DNA of 64,000 nucleotides. Source: Thermoplasmatota archaeon. Its GTDB lineage: Archaea; Thermoplasmatota; E2; JACPAO01; JAHFTW01. The position numbers and the translations under genes are program-made. The notes beneath the pieces are model-generated. The model was given only the letters and a program-made list of their open reading frames with translations. It made no database searches and was not told the DNA's origin. Below, piece after piece: positions 1 through 8,979 of this stretch. Each line of letters starts with the position of its first letter. The stretch's first letter is position 1. The stretch lies in assembly GCA_038046725.1 (NCBI GenBank), contig JBBSVQ010000018.1:24168-88167 (forward strand). Reading direction: 5' to 3'.

Positions 1-2
1 CA

Positions 3-1193
3 GCCGACCTCGAGATGGACGGCCTCGACATGGCTGGAGAAGTGCGCGCCTTCCGCCCCGCCGGCGACGTCGTGTTGAGCGTCCACCTCGGCGGCGAGGC
101 CCCGTGCCGTTCCGATGGCCTGCAGCCGCTGCTGGCCATGCATGACTTGGGAGCCGCCTACGACAAGCTCGCCTTCACGGCCTCCGCCTTCCCCGACTTG
201 CTGCGGGCCCTCGAGCTCGCCCGGGCCCATCACCTGCGTGGCGGGCGCCCCGCCGTCTCGACGATGGTGCACGGCGGCGCCGCGGTGCGGGCCCTCATGC
301 CGCTGGCGGGCAACCGCGCATCGTATGGCCACGCCCCCGGACTCGCCCCCGCGGTCCCCGGCCAACCTGCCCTGGCGGACATCGAGGCGACTTGGGACCA
401 GTGGGGTCTGACGCGGTCCGACCTCGACCAATGCGCGGCGGGCGACGGGCAATGGCTTGCCGTCCTGGGCACGCCGGTCGCGCACAGCCAAAGTCCGCGC
501 CTGCACAACGCCTGGCTTCGCACCGCCGGCCGCCGCGAACGCTTCGGAGCCCTCGACGTCCCAGCCAGCGCGTCGGCCCTGCGCCTCGTCTTCCACGCAT
601 CCGAGCGAATCGGGCTGGTGGGCGCATCCATCACCGCGCCGCACAAGCTGGATGCCGCGCGCATCGCCGAATGCGACGCCGCAGCCAAGGCCATCGGCGC
701 GGCCAACTGCGTGCGCATGGAGCCCGGCGGCCGCGTCGTCGCCACGAACACCGACGCCTCCGCCGTCGAGCGCCTAGCCAAGCCCCACGTCGCGTCCGGG
801 TCCAGCGTCCTCGTCCTCGGGTCCGGGGGCTTCGCCCGCGCCGCCACGCACGCCCTCAAGCGGCTGGGCGCGCACGTCACGGTCGCGGACCGCAGCGACG
901 CGAAGGCCGCCACGTTCCACGCGCTCGGCGCCACGCTCATCCCGTGGGCCGACCGCGCCAAGGTGCACGCCGACGCCATCGTGCAAGCGACGCCCCTCAC
1001 GGATGCCTCCGTCCTCCCGGCGACGGCCCTTGCGCATCGCCCGTGGGTGCTCGAGGCCGTGTACGCGGGCGGCCCAACGGCCCTCCAGCGCGCCGCCGCG
1101 AGTGCGGGATGCGTGGTGACCGACGGGTTGCAATTGCTCGAAGCCCAAGGCCGTGACGCGTACCGATTCTGGTTCGGGGCCGAGGCGCCTTGA
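3..1193 (+). CDS. aroE: Type I 3-dehydroquinase (C-terminal part) fused to shikimate dehydrogenase (AroD/AroE); 5'-truncated by the window edge
   Basis: Frame open from base 3. DHQase-like C-terminus (KLA...RALMPLAGNRASY...APAVPGQ) precedes AroE motifs VLGTPVAHSQSP, SITAPHK, ANCV, NTD, VLGSGGFARA. Confidence 0.82.
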   Translation, partial: ADLEMDGLDMAGEVRAFRPAGDVVLSVHLGGEAPCRSDGLQPLLAMHDLGAAYDKLAFTASAFPDLLRALELARAHHLRGGRPAVSTMVHGGAAVRALMPLAGNRASYGHAPGLAPAVPGQPALADIEATWDQWGLTRSDLDQCAAGDGQWLAVLGTPVAHSQSPRLHNAWLRTAGRRERFGALDVPASASALRLVFHASERIGLVGASITAPHKLDAARIAECDAAAKAIGAANCVRMEPGGRVVATNTDASAVERLAKPHVASGSSVLVLGSGGFARAATHALKRLGAHVTVADRSDAKAATFHALGATLIPWADRAKVHADAIVQATPLTDASVLPATALAHRPWVLEAVYAGGPTALQRAAASAGCVVTDGLQLLEAQGRDAYRFWFGAEAP

Positions 1194-2080
1194 CCCGCCA
1201 CGGAATGCACGGAACCCAAGGAATCCGATCGGTTTCCCGTGATTCCGTGGATTCCGTGGGCCGACCCGTCGTTGGCATCGGCCAGGCGCACGGCGCCGTC
1301 ACCATCCTCAACGCCACCGCCACCGGCATCGGCTGCGCCTTGGCCGTCGAGGCCGGTGCGTTTGCGCGCTGGAGCTGGAAAGGCGACGGCCTCGTCTTCG
1401 AAGGCGAGACGGACGACCGGCTGGCCCGCGCCGTGCAACAGCTGTGCGGCGGAGGCGCAGCGCGCGTCCAGTCGACGACGGCCTTCGCGCCGGCTCGCGG
1501 CCTCAAGACGAGCTCCAGCGCGGCAACGGCCATGCTGCGCGCGGCGCACGCCGCCCGCGCAGCCGACGTGGACGACTGGGCCCTCCTTCGCACGGCGGTT
1601 GCCGCCTGCCGGCAGGCGGGCGTGACCCTCACGGGGGCCCTCGACGACCAGGCCGCCGTGACGCTCGGCGGCTGCCACCTCACGGACAACCGCCGCGATG
1701 CGGTCCTGCAGGCCTTGCCTGCCGAGCGCTGGCACGTGGCGGTGTGGGTCCCCGACCAAGCATTGCCCAAGGGACGCTTGCACGGCCTCGATTTGACGCC
1801 CGTGGTCAAGGACGCCCGCGCCGCTGAGCAGCTGGCGGCCCGTGGCAACCTCCCGGCAGCCATGACGCGCAACGGGGAGGCCTACACCAAGCTGTACGCC
1901 GGCGCCGGACTCCCCGTCAACGCGGAACCGGCGGCCGTCGCGCTTACGCATGGGGCCCTCGGCGCGGGCCTGTCGGGGACCGGGCCCGCCGTCGCCGCCC
2001 TCTTCGAGGCCGCCGTCACGCTGCCCGACGTGGCTGGCGGGGCCTGGACCTGGACGCGCGCCGTGGAGGCCCCGCGATGA
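1190..2080 (+). CDS. aroK: Archaeal (GHMP-type) shikimate kinase
   Basis: GAVTILNATATGIGCA N-terminal motif, GLKTSSSAA ATP loop, TLTGALDD, GLSGTGPA. TTG overlaps the aroE stop; start could instead be GTG at about 1247/1256. Confidence 0.85.
   Translation: MTRHGMHGTQGIRSVSRDSVDSVGRPVVGIGQAHGAVTILNATATGIGCALAVEAGAFARWSWKGDGLVFEGETDDRLARAVQQLCGGGAARVQSTTAFAPARGLKTSSSAATAMLRAAHAARAADVDDWALLRTAVAACRQAGVTLTGALDDQAAVTLGGCHLTDNRRDAVLQALPAERWHVAVWVPDQALPKGRLHGLDLTPVVKDARAAEQLAARGNLPAAMTRNGEAYTKLYAGAGLPVNAEPAAVALTHGALGAGLSGTGPAVAALFEAAVTLPDVAGGAWTWTRAVEAPR
1198..1259. repeat. Family A triplicated-unit hairpin (CACGGAA units)
   Basis: CCACGGAATGCACGGAACCCAAGGAA ... TTCCCGTGATTCCGTGGATTCCGTGG. Confidence 0.8.
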
Positions 2081-3378
2081 AGCCGCACGCCGTCGAAGTG
2101 CGACCCGGCCGCATCGACGGGACCGTGACGGCGCCGCCGAGCAAGTCGCAGACGCACCGCGCCTTCCTCCTCGCTGCACAATCCGTCGTGCCGTGCACCG
2201 TGCAGTCGCCACTGCTCGCCGACGACACCCGCGCCACGCTGTCCTGCCTCTTGGCGCTGGGGGCCCGCATCCACCTCGACCCCGACCGCCCGGAAACGGT
2301 GCAATTCCTGCCGGCCTCGCTGCGCGCGCCCACGCAAGCCCTGGACTGCCGCAACTCCGGCACCACGCTGCGCATCCTGAGCGCGACCGCGGCCCGTCTC
2401 GGACAACCGGTCACTCTCACGGGCGACGACTCCCTGCGCGAGCGGCCGAACGGGGCCCTGCACGACGCCTTGCGCGCACGCGGGGCCACCGTGGAGTCCC
2501 GCGACGGAAAAGCCCCCGTCACCGTGCGCGGCCCCCTGCGACCCGGCTCCGTGCGCCTGCCTGCCGGGTCGAGCAGCCAGTACGCGTCCGCGCTGTTGCT
2601 GTCGTTGCCCATGCTCGCCGGCCCCTCCATCCTCGACGTCGAGGCCCCCGTCGCCTCGGCTCCCTACCTCGAAGTCACACTCGACACGGCACGAGCCTTC
2701 GGACTTGCAATCCAACGCAGCGCCGACCGCTTCGCCATGCCGGGCGGATCGCTTCCGCGCGCCGACGCCTTCACCGTCGAGGGCGATTGGTCGGCCGCCG
2801 CCTTCCCCTTGGCTGCGGCTGCCGTGACGGGCGGCTCCGTGACCGTGCAAGGATTGCGCGCGGACTCCATGCAAGGCGACCGCGCCATCCTCGGGCACCT
2901 GCAATCCTTCGGCGCAAGCCTCGGACCTGGGGATTCCCTGCGCGGCGGTCCCCTGCACAGCCCGGGCGTCATCGACGTCAGCCAGACCCCCGACCTGTTT
3001 CCGGCACTCGTCGCCGTCGCGGCTTGCGCGCGCGGCACGACCACGTTCACGGGCGGAGCCAACCTGCGCCACAAGGAATCCGACCGCATCGCCGCCATGG
3101 CCGACGGCCTCAGCCGCCTGGGCGCCGACGTCCGCGAGACGCCGGACGGCCTCGTCGTCGCCGGGGGGCAACCCCTGCGCGGCGCGACCCTGGCGTCGCA
3201 CGGCGACCACCGGGTCCACATGGCCCTGTGCGTGGCGGCCCTCGCGGCGCAAGGTCCAAGCACCCTCGACGACCCTGCCGCAGCCGCCGTGAGCTATCCC
3301 GGCTTCCACGCCGACCTCGCCGCCCTCGGCGCCGACGTGCGCCTGTTGCAGGGCAACCGCACCGTGGTGTCGGCATGA
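2077..3378 (+). CDS. aroA: EPSP synthase
   Basis: PPSKSQTHRA, CRNSGTTLR, SSQYASALL, LRHKESDRI, DHRVHM motifs; ATGA overlap with aroK. Confidence 0.95.
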   Translation: MKPHAVEVRPGRIDGTVTAPPSKSQTHRAFLLAAQSVVPCTVQSPLLADDTRATLSCLLALGARIHLDPDRPETVQFLPASLRAPTQALDCRNSGTTLRILSATAARLGQPVTLTGDDSLRERPNGALHDALRARGATVESRDGKAPVTVRGPLRPGSVRLPAGSSSQYASALLLSLPMLAGPSILDVEAPVASAPYLEVTLDTARAFGLAIQRSADRFAMPGGSLPRADAFTVEGDWSAAAFPLAAAAVTGGSVTVQGLRADSMQGDRAILGHLQSFGASLGPGDSLRGGPLHSPGVIDVSQTPDLFPALVAVAACARGTTTFTGGANLRHKESDRIAAMADGLSRLGADVRETPDGLVVAGGQPLRGATLASHGDHRVHMALCVAALAAQGPSTLDDPAAAAVSYPGFHADLAALGADVRLLQGNRTVVSA

Positions 3379-4514
3379 ACACCTTCGGCCGCCGTTTCCG
3401 CGTGAGCCTCTTCGGCGAATCGCATGGCGCGGGCGTCGGCGTGCTCGTCGACGGCGTCCCGGCCGGCCAACCCGTCGACGTCGCGCGCCTGCAGGCGGCC
3501 CTGGACGCCCGCCGCCCGGGAACGTCGCGCCTCGTCAGCGCCCGCAAGGAATCCGACAGGGCGCAGATTCTCTCCGGCGTCCATCGCGGCCGGGCCACTG
3601 GCGCGCCGCTTGCCGTTTGGGTCGCCAACGAGGACGCCGACAGCAAATCCTACGTCGACGTGGCGACGGTGCCACGCCCAGGCCACGCCGACTGGGTCAA
3701 CCACGTGTGGAGCGGCGGCAACGCCGACTTGCGCGGCGGCGGGCACGCATCCGGCCGCCTGACCGCCGGCCTCGTCGCAGCAGGCGCGCTCGCGGATGGC
3801 CTGCTGGCCCCGCTCGGCATCGCATGCGCCGCGCACGTCACGCAGGTCGGCGCCATCGCGGGTCCCGTTGGCACGTTGTCAGCGGCGCAAATGGCGAAGG
3901 GGCGCGCATCCCCCGTCGGGACGGCCCACAAGATGCTGGAGGGCCGCATGGTCGCCGTCGTCGAAGCGGCGCGCGCGGCCGGGGACTCCATCGGAGGCGC
4001 AGTCGCCTTCGCTGCGGACGGGCTCCCCGTCGGCCTCGGTGACCCGTGGATGGATCCCTTGGAGTCCACGCTCGCGCACCTCCTCTTCGCGGTCCCCGCA
4101 GTCAAGGCCGTGTCGTTCGGCGAAGGCGAGGGAGCCGCAGCCATGGCAGGCTCGGCCCACAACGACGCCTACGCGCTCAAGTCGGGTCGCATCCGGCCGA
4201 CGACGAACCACGCGGGGGGCATCCTGGGCGGCCGCAGCACGGGTGAACGGCTGTGGGGGCAATGCACGGTCAAGCCGGCGTCGAGCATCGCGCGCGAGCA
4301 GGTCACCGCGGACGTCGCAACGGGCAAATCCCGCAAGGTCAAGGTCACGGGTCGCCACGACCCCTGCATCGCCATCCGGGCCGCGCCGGTCATCGCGGCT
4401 TGCTTGTCCATCGCGCTCGCCGATGCCGTGCTGCTGGGTCGGGAGCAAGGGTTGGAAGGTTGCTGGCCGGCCAAGGCGAAGGCCCCTGGCCGAGCAACGG
4501 CGCGTGACCAGTGA
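3375..4514 (+). CDS. aroC: Chorismate synthase
   Basis: MNTFGRRFRVSLFGESHG, PRPGHAD, RGGGHASGRLTA, NHAGGILGG, GRHDPCI; ATGA overlap with aroA. Confidence 0.95.
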   Translation: MNTFGRRFRVSLFGESHGAGVGVLVDGVPAGQPVDVARLQAALDARRPGTSRLVSARKESDRAQILSGVHRGRATGAPLAVWVANEDADSKSYVDVATVPRPGHADWVNHVWSGGNADLRGGGHASGRLTAGLVAAGALADGLLAPLGIACAAHVTQVGAIAGPVGTLSAAQMAKGRASPVGTAHKMLEGRMVAVVEAARAAGDSIGGAVAFAADGLPVGLGDPWMDPLESTLAHLLFAVPAVKAVSFGEGEGAAAMAGSAHNDAYALKSGRIRPTTNHAGGILGGRSTGERLWGQCTVKPASSIAREQVTADVATGKSRKVKVTGRHDPCIAIRAAPVIAACLSIALADAVLLGREQGLEGCWPAKAKAPGRATARDQ

Positions 4515-4523
4515 ATCGGTCCC

Positions 4524-4545
4524 GTCCAACGTCTTCCGACGCCGA
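4524..4545 (-). repeat. Family B right-end fragment
   Basis: GTCCAACGTCTTCCGACGCCGA. Confidence 0.5.
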
Positions 4546-4570
4546 GCACGCCCTTCGGCCAGCCCCGCTT

Positions 4571-4618
4571 GCCGCGGATTGGCACGGACAATCCGTGGGC
4601 ATCCGTGCAATCCGTGGC
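4571..4618. repeat. Family A hairpin
   Basis: GCCGCGGATTGGCACGGA ... ATCCGTGCAATCCGTGGC. Confidence 0.75.
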
Positions 4619-4699
4619 TAGTTCGGGCGCCGTCAGTCCCCATGGACGCAACCGGGAAGCCCCGTTTGCAATGGACGTAAACGGCCATCCTGTCCACGC

Positions 4700-4712
4700 A
4701 AGCTCTAAGCGG
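4700..4712 (+). promoter_or_regulatory. Candidate TATA-like element of the his operon
   Basis: AAGCTCTAAG lies 27 nt before ATG 4737. A similar AACGCTCTAAAG lies about 24 nt before the minus-strand ATG at 17594. Confidence 0.45.
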
Positions 4713-4736
4713 CCGACCCTGCTGCGTCGACCGAGC

Positions 4737-4781
4737 ATGCTTCTGGCCTGCCTCGCCCTGCACACCGTGCATCATGGGTGA
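4737..4781 (+). CDS. Putative his leader peptide MLLACLALHTVHHG
   Basis: ATG CTT CTG GCC TGC CTC GCC CTG CAC ACC GTG CAT CAT GGG TGA; three His codons in the last six codons, directly upstream of hisG. Confidence 0.5.
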   Translation: MLLACLALHTVHHG

Positions 4782-5827
4782 GTGCAAGCCAGGCGCCGCC
4801 GACCCGCAACCGCTTTTCGTGCGTGGCCGGCTCCCCTGGTGAACGAATGACCCCAGCCCCGCCCACGTCCCGCCCCCCGCGCACTCCAGCCGCCACCGCC
4901 CTGCCCCGCGATTCAGCTCGCGCCCCGGCCCGTTCCCCGGCCCGCGCCCCCGCAATCCAACGCCGTGCCCTGCGCCTGGCCATCCCGAACAAGGGCCGAT
5001 TGAGCGACGACTGCGTCGACTTGCTGCGCCGCGCCGGCATCCCACTGCAGGGTTCGTCCGAGCGTCGCCTGTTCGCAGGGGCCCTCGATGGCCGCATGCA
5101 GATCCTCTTCGTGCGCGCCCGCGACATCCCCGCCTACGTCGCCGCCGGCACCGTGGACGCCGGCATGACCGGCCTCGACGTCGTCAAGGAATCGCAAGTC
5201 AAGGTCCGCGACCTGCTCGACCTGCGCTTCGGCGCCTGCCGACTCGTGCTCGCGGTCCCCCATGAGCAGGCGGCCAAGGGACCCAAAGACATCGCGGACG
5301 GCTCGCGCATCGCCACCACGTACCCCAACCTGACCAAGGCGTACTTCGCCAAAGCCCGGCGCCGGGTGCGCATCGTCGGCGTCTCGGGCGCCTGCGAAGT
5401 GGCCCCCATGCTCGGCGTCGCCGACGCCATCACGGACCTCGCCTCGTCGGGCAGCACCCTCGCAATGAACCATTTGCGCGAGGTCAGCACCCTGCTGCAC
5501 TCCACGTGCCACCTCATCGCTCCCGCCAAGACGGACGCGGCCGCCAAGGATGAGCTGGACCGCCTGCGCTTCGCCCTCGGCTCCGTCCTGGCCGCCCGCG
5601 GCAAACGCTACCTCCTGGCCGACGTGCCCCGCAAGGCGCTTCCAGAAATCCAGGCGTTTCTCCCAGGCGTCGCCGGCCCCACAGTCGTCGACATCGCCGG
5701 CCACAAGGACCTCGTCGCCATCCAGGTCGTCGTCGACGAATCCGAGGTGTACGACGCCGTGTCGCGCCTCAAGGCCCTTGGCGGCCGCGGCATCCTCGTC
5801 ATGCCCATCGACCGCATGGTGGCTTGA
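4778..5827 (+). CDS. hisG: ATP phosphoribosyltransferase, long form with C-terminal regulatory domain
   Basis: LRLAIPNKGRL, VRARDIP, RIATTYP, SGACEVAP, DLASSGSTL. Start uncertain (GTG 4778 or ATG 4847); Pro/Ala-rich N-terminal extension. Confidence 0.95.
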   Translation: MSASQAPPTRNRFSCVAGSPGERMTPAPPTSRPPRTPAATALPRDSARAPARSPARAPAIQRRALRLAIPNKGRLSDDCVDLLRRAGIPLQGSSERRLFAGALDGRMQILFVRARDIPAYVAAGTVDAGMTGLDVVKESQVKVRDLLDLRFGACRLVLAVPHEQAAKGPKDIADGSRIATTYPNLTKAYFAKARRRVRIVGVSGACEVAPMLGVADAITDLASSGSTLAMNHLREVSTLLHSTCHLIAPAKTDAAAKDELDRLRFALGSVLAARGKRYLLADVPRKALPEIQAFLPGVAGPTVVDIAGHKDLVAIQVVVDESEVYDAVSRLKALGGRGILVMPIDRMVA

Positions 5828-5870
5828 CGATGCGCGCACGAAGCGTCAAGCCCGTCGGGGGGTCGCCCTG

Positions 5871-7262
5871 ATGGCCAAGGACCCAATCCCGCAGGTCCGA
5901 GCCCTCGACGCCGCCGCGTGGGCGCTCGCCGACCGGGCCCAGGACGTCCCCGCCCAAGTCGTGGCGGACGCCCGCCGCATCGTGGCCGAGGTCGGAACGG
6001 GCGGCGACAAGGCCCTGCGCGAACACACGCGCCGTTTCGACGGCTGCGACCTCGAGGACCCGTTCCTGACGCCCGCCGCCTGGACTCGTGCGGCGGGCAC
6101 CGTCGCTGCCCCCGTGCGTCAGGCCATCGACGAGAACCTGCGCCGCATCCAGGCCTTCCACGGCCTCCAAACGGGCAAGGCGCAGCGACTGCAAGTCGCC
6201 CCCGGGGTCGTTCTCGGCCGCCGGCCGGTCCCCTACGAAGCCGTCGCCTGCTACGTGCCAGGCGGGCGGGCCACCTACCCGTCAACGGCGCTCATGACGG
6301 TGACGCCCGCGCGCATCGCCGGGTGCAGCCAGATCATCGTCGCAACGCCACCGCGACCCGACGGCACCGTCGACCCGGCCGTCCTGTACGCAGCCAAGAA
6401 AGCCGGCGCCACGCACGTGCTGCGCGCTGGCGGCGCCCAAGCCATTGCCGCCCTCGCCTATGGCACGGAACGCGTTCCCCGCGTGCAGGCCATCGTCGGC
6501 CCCGGCAACGCGTACGTCACTGCAGCCAAGCAGCAGGTCGCAAGCGTCGGCCGCGTCTGGACCGACGCCCCAGCCGGACCAAGCGAGTTGCTCGTCGTCG
6601 CCGACGCGACGGCGGATCCGGCCCGCATCGCCCTCGACCTGCTCGCGCAAGCCGAACACGACCCGGACGCGCAAGTCGTCCTCGTCGCGACCGACCGCAG
6701 GATTGCAGACGCCGTGCGCGCCGAGTTGCAGGACCGCCTGCCCCACCAAAGCCGGGGCGCCATCGTCGCCGCCAGTCTGGCGGACAAGGCAGCGCTGCTT
6801 GTGGCGCGGGACCTCGACGAGGCCCTCCGCTTCGCCAACGCCTACGCGCCCGAGCACCTCACCCTCATGGTCAAGGCCCCCGCCAAGGCCCTCCTGCGCA
6901 TCCGCGACGCTGGCTCGGTCTTCCTTGGCCCCAACGCCCCCGTGTCGCTGGGCGATTATGGTTCGGGAACCAACCACGTCCTGCCCACGATGGGCCACGC
7001 CCGCATCCGCGGCGGCCTGTCTGTCGAGGATTTCCGCAAGTGGGTCACCTGGCAGGACGTCACGCCGGCCGGACTGCGCCGCATCGGGCCAGCCGTCGCA
7101 ACCGTCGCCCGCGCCGAGGGACTCATCGCCCACGCCGAGGCCGTCGAGGGACGCTTGGCGTCCGACGCAGGCCTCCGGGGAAGTCGGGAACCAAGCAAGA
7201 ATTCCGAAGCCCGGGTTTCCCGCGTTTCCCGGAAGGCCCCGTCGAAGGCAGGCAAGCGATGA
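5871..7262 (+). CDS. hisD: Histidinol dehydrogenase
   Basis: CYVPGGRATYPST, GGAQAIAALAYG, VGPGNAYV, AGPSE, QAEHD, YAPEHL, LGDYGSGTNHVLPT. Confidence 0.96.
   Translation: MAKDPIPQVRALDAAAWALADRAQDVPAQVVADARRIVAEVGTGGDKALREHTRRFDGCDLEDPFLTPAAWTRAAGTVAAPVRQAIDENLRRIQAFHGLQTGKAQRLQVAPGVVLGRRPVPYEAVACYVPGGRATYPSTALMTVTPARIAGCSQIIVATPPRPDGTVDPAVLYAAKKAGATHVLRAGGAQAIAALAYGTERVPRVQAIVGPGNAYVTAAKQQVASVGRVWTDAPAGPSELLVVADATADPARIALDLLAQAEHDPDAQVVLVATDRRIADAVRAELQDRLPHQSRGAIVAASLADKAALLVARDLDEALRFANAYAPEHLTLMVKAPAKALLRIRDAGSVFLGPNAPVSLGDYGSGTNHVLPTMGHARIRGGLSVEDFRKWVTWQDVTPAGLRRIGPAVATVARAEGLIAHAEAVEGRLASDAGLRGSREPSKNSEARVSRVSRKAPSKAGKR
7170..7238. repeat. Degenerate family A hairpin inside the hisD 3' end
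   Basis: GGCCTCCGGGGAAGTCGGGAA ... TTTCCCGCGTTTCCCGGAAGGCC. Confidence 0.55.
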
Positions 7263-8332
7263 CGACCGACCGCCAGGCCCGCGTGCAGGGCTGGACGCGC
7301 AAGGAAATCGCGCGCCTGAAGCCGTACTACAAGGCCCCCCTCGCCGGCGACCCACTGCGCCTCGACCAGAACACGAACCTCCTCGGCAACAACCCCGCCC
7401 TCGCCAAGGTGCGCCTCGCCGACGTGGACCTCACGCAGTACCCGACGCGCGACTCGGACGCCTTGCGGCTGGCACTCGCCGACTTCCACGGCTTGCCCGA
7501 CGACCGCTTCGTGTGCGGCAACGGCGGCGACGAGCTCCTCGACATCCTGTGCAAGGCCTTCGGCGCCCCCGGCGCCACCATCGCCACCCCGTGGCCGTCG
7601 TACAGCCTCTACCCGCACGTCGCCGACGTTGCCGGCCTGAAATTCAAGCCCGTGCCGACGAAACGCCAATTCGCGCAACTCGACGTCGACGGCCTGCTCG
7701 ACGCCAAGCCGCGCATCGTCGTCGTGGCGACGCCGAACAACCCCACGGGCACGCGCTTTGCCACCGGCGAGTTGGAACGCCTTGCCGCCGGCCTCGACGG
7801 CATCCTCGTCGTGGACGAGGCCTACATCGAGTACGCCGGCCTCAAGCACTCGTTCCTGCCGCGCATCGAGGAATTCGACAACGTCGTCGTCCTGCGCACC
7901 TTCAGCAAGGCGTACGGCCTCGCCGGCCTGCGCGTTGGCTACCTCGCGGCCAACGAAGCCCTTGCCAACATGCTCAACCGCGCCAAGGCGCCGTTCAACG
8001 TGGGCCTCCTCGCCGAGGCCGTCGCCGCAGCTGCGCTCGACGAGCAAGTGTGGGTCGACGCCGGAGTGAAGATCGTTCGCGTGGAACGCGACCGCATGGC
8101 GCACGGCCTGACGAAACTCGGATTGAAGGTGCACGCAAGCGAAGCCAACTTCCTCCTCACCGAGCCGCCCGCCGGCGCATCGGAGACCCAGGACGCCTTG
8201 CGCAAACGGGGCATCCTCGCCCGCACCTTCACGGACGCCGCCTTGCAGCGCTGCTTGCGCTTCACGGTCGGCGCCCCGCAGCACACCGACCGTCTGCTCG
8301 CCGCCCTCAAGGACGCGGAGGCGACGGCATGA
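7259..8332 (+). CDS. hisC: Histidinol-phosphate aminotransferase
   Basis: LDQNTN, GNGGDELL, PNNPTG, VDEAYIEY, LRTFSKAYGLAGLRVGY (PLP lysine). Confidence 0.95.
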   Translation: MTTDRQARVQGWTRKEIARLKPYYKAPLAGDPLRLDQNTNLLGNNPALAKVRLADVDLTQYPTRDSDALRLALADFHGLPDDRFVCGNGGDELLDILCKAFGAPGATIATPWPSYSLYPHVADVAGLKFKPVPTKRQFAQLDVDGLLDAKPRIVVVATPNNPTGTRFATGELERLAAGLDGILVVDEAYIEYAGLKHSFLPRIEEFDNVVVLRTFSKAYGLAGLRVGYLAANEALANMLNRAKAPFNVGLLAEAVAAAALDEQVWVDAGVKIVRVERDRMAHGLTKLGLKVHASEANFLLTEPPAGASETQDALRKRGILARTFTDAALQRCLRFTVGAPQHTDRLLAALKDAEATA

Positions 8333-8979
8333 CGACCTGGACGGTGCTGGACTACGGTGTCGGCAACCTGCACAGCCTCGCCAAGGCCCTCACCGCAGTG
8401 GGCGCGAAGGTCAAGGTCACCGCCCGCCCCGAGGACCTCGCGGGCGCGGACGTCGCCGTCCTCCCGGGCGTCGGGGCTTTCGGCGCCGTCATGGACTGCC
8501 TCGCCCCGGCGGGCATGGCCCTGCGCCGGCGCCACGCGGACGGCCGGCCGACCCTCGGCATCTGCATCGGAGCCCAAGTGCTGTACGCGGCCAGCGACGA
8601 GACGCCCGGGGCCAAGGGCCTCGGCATCTTCCCCGGCACGGTGCGTCGCCTGCCCGCATCCGCAGGCAAGGTGCCGCACATGGGTTGGAACACCCTCGAG
8701 CCGGCGCCATCGGGCGCGGCCTCCGACAACCCTTCAGGGCTCGGTTTGCAGGATTCCTTGTTCGAAGGCGTCCCCGCGGGCAGCCACGTGTACTACGTGC
8801 ACGGCTACGCAGCGCCCGTCGGACCCGAGACCGTGGCCAGCACCCGCTACGGCACGGTTTTCACGGCGGCCCTGCGTCAAGGCGCCACCGTGGGAGTCCA
8901 GTTCCACCCCGAGAAGTCCAGCGCCGTCGGGCGGCGCATCCTTGCCAACGCCGTGCGCGACCTGGAGGCTCACGCATGA
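8329..8979 (+). CDS. hisH: Imidazole glycerol phosphate synthase, glutaminase subunit
   Basis: DYGVGNLHS, LPGVGAF, LGICIGAQ, PHMGWN, YYVHGY, QFHPEKS. Confidence 0.95.
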   Translation: MTTWTVLDYGVGNLHSLAKALTAVGAKVKVTARPEDLAGADVAVLPGVGAFGAVMDCLAPAGMALRRRHADGRPTLGICIGAQVLYAASDETPGAKGLGIFPGTVRRLPASAGKVPHMGWNTLEPAPSGAASDNPSGLGLQDSLFEGVPAGSHVYYVHGYAAPVGPETVASTRYGTVFTAALRQGATVGVQFHPEKSSAVGRRILANAVRDLEAHA

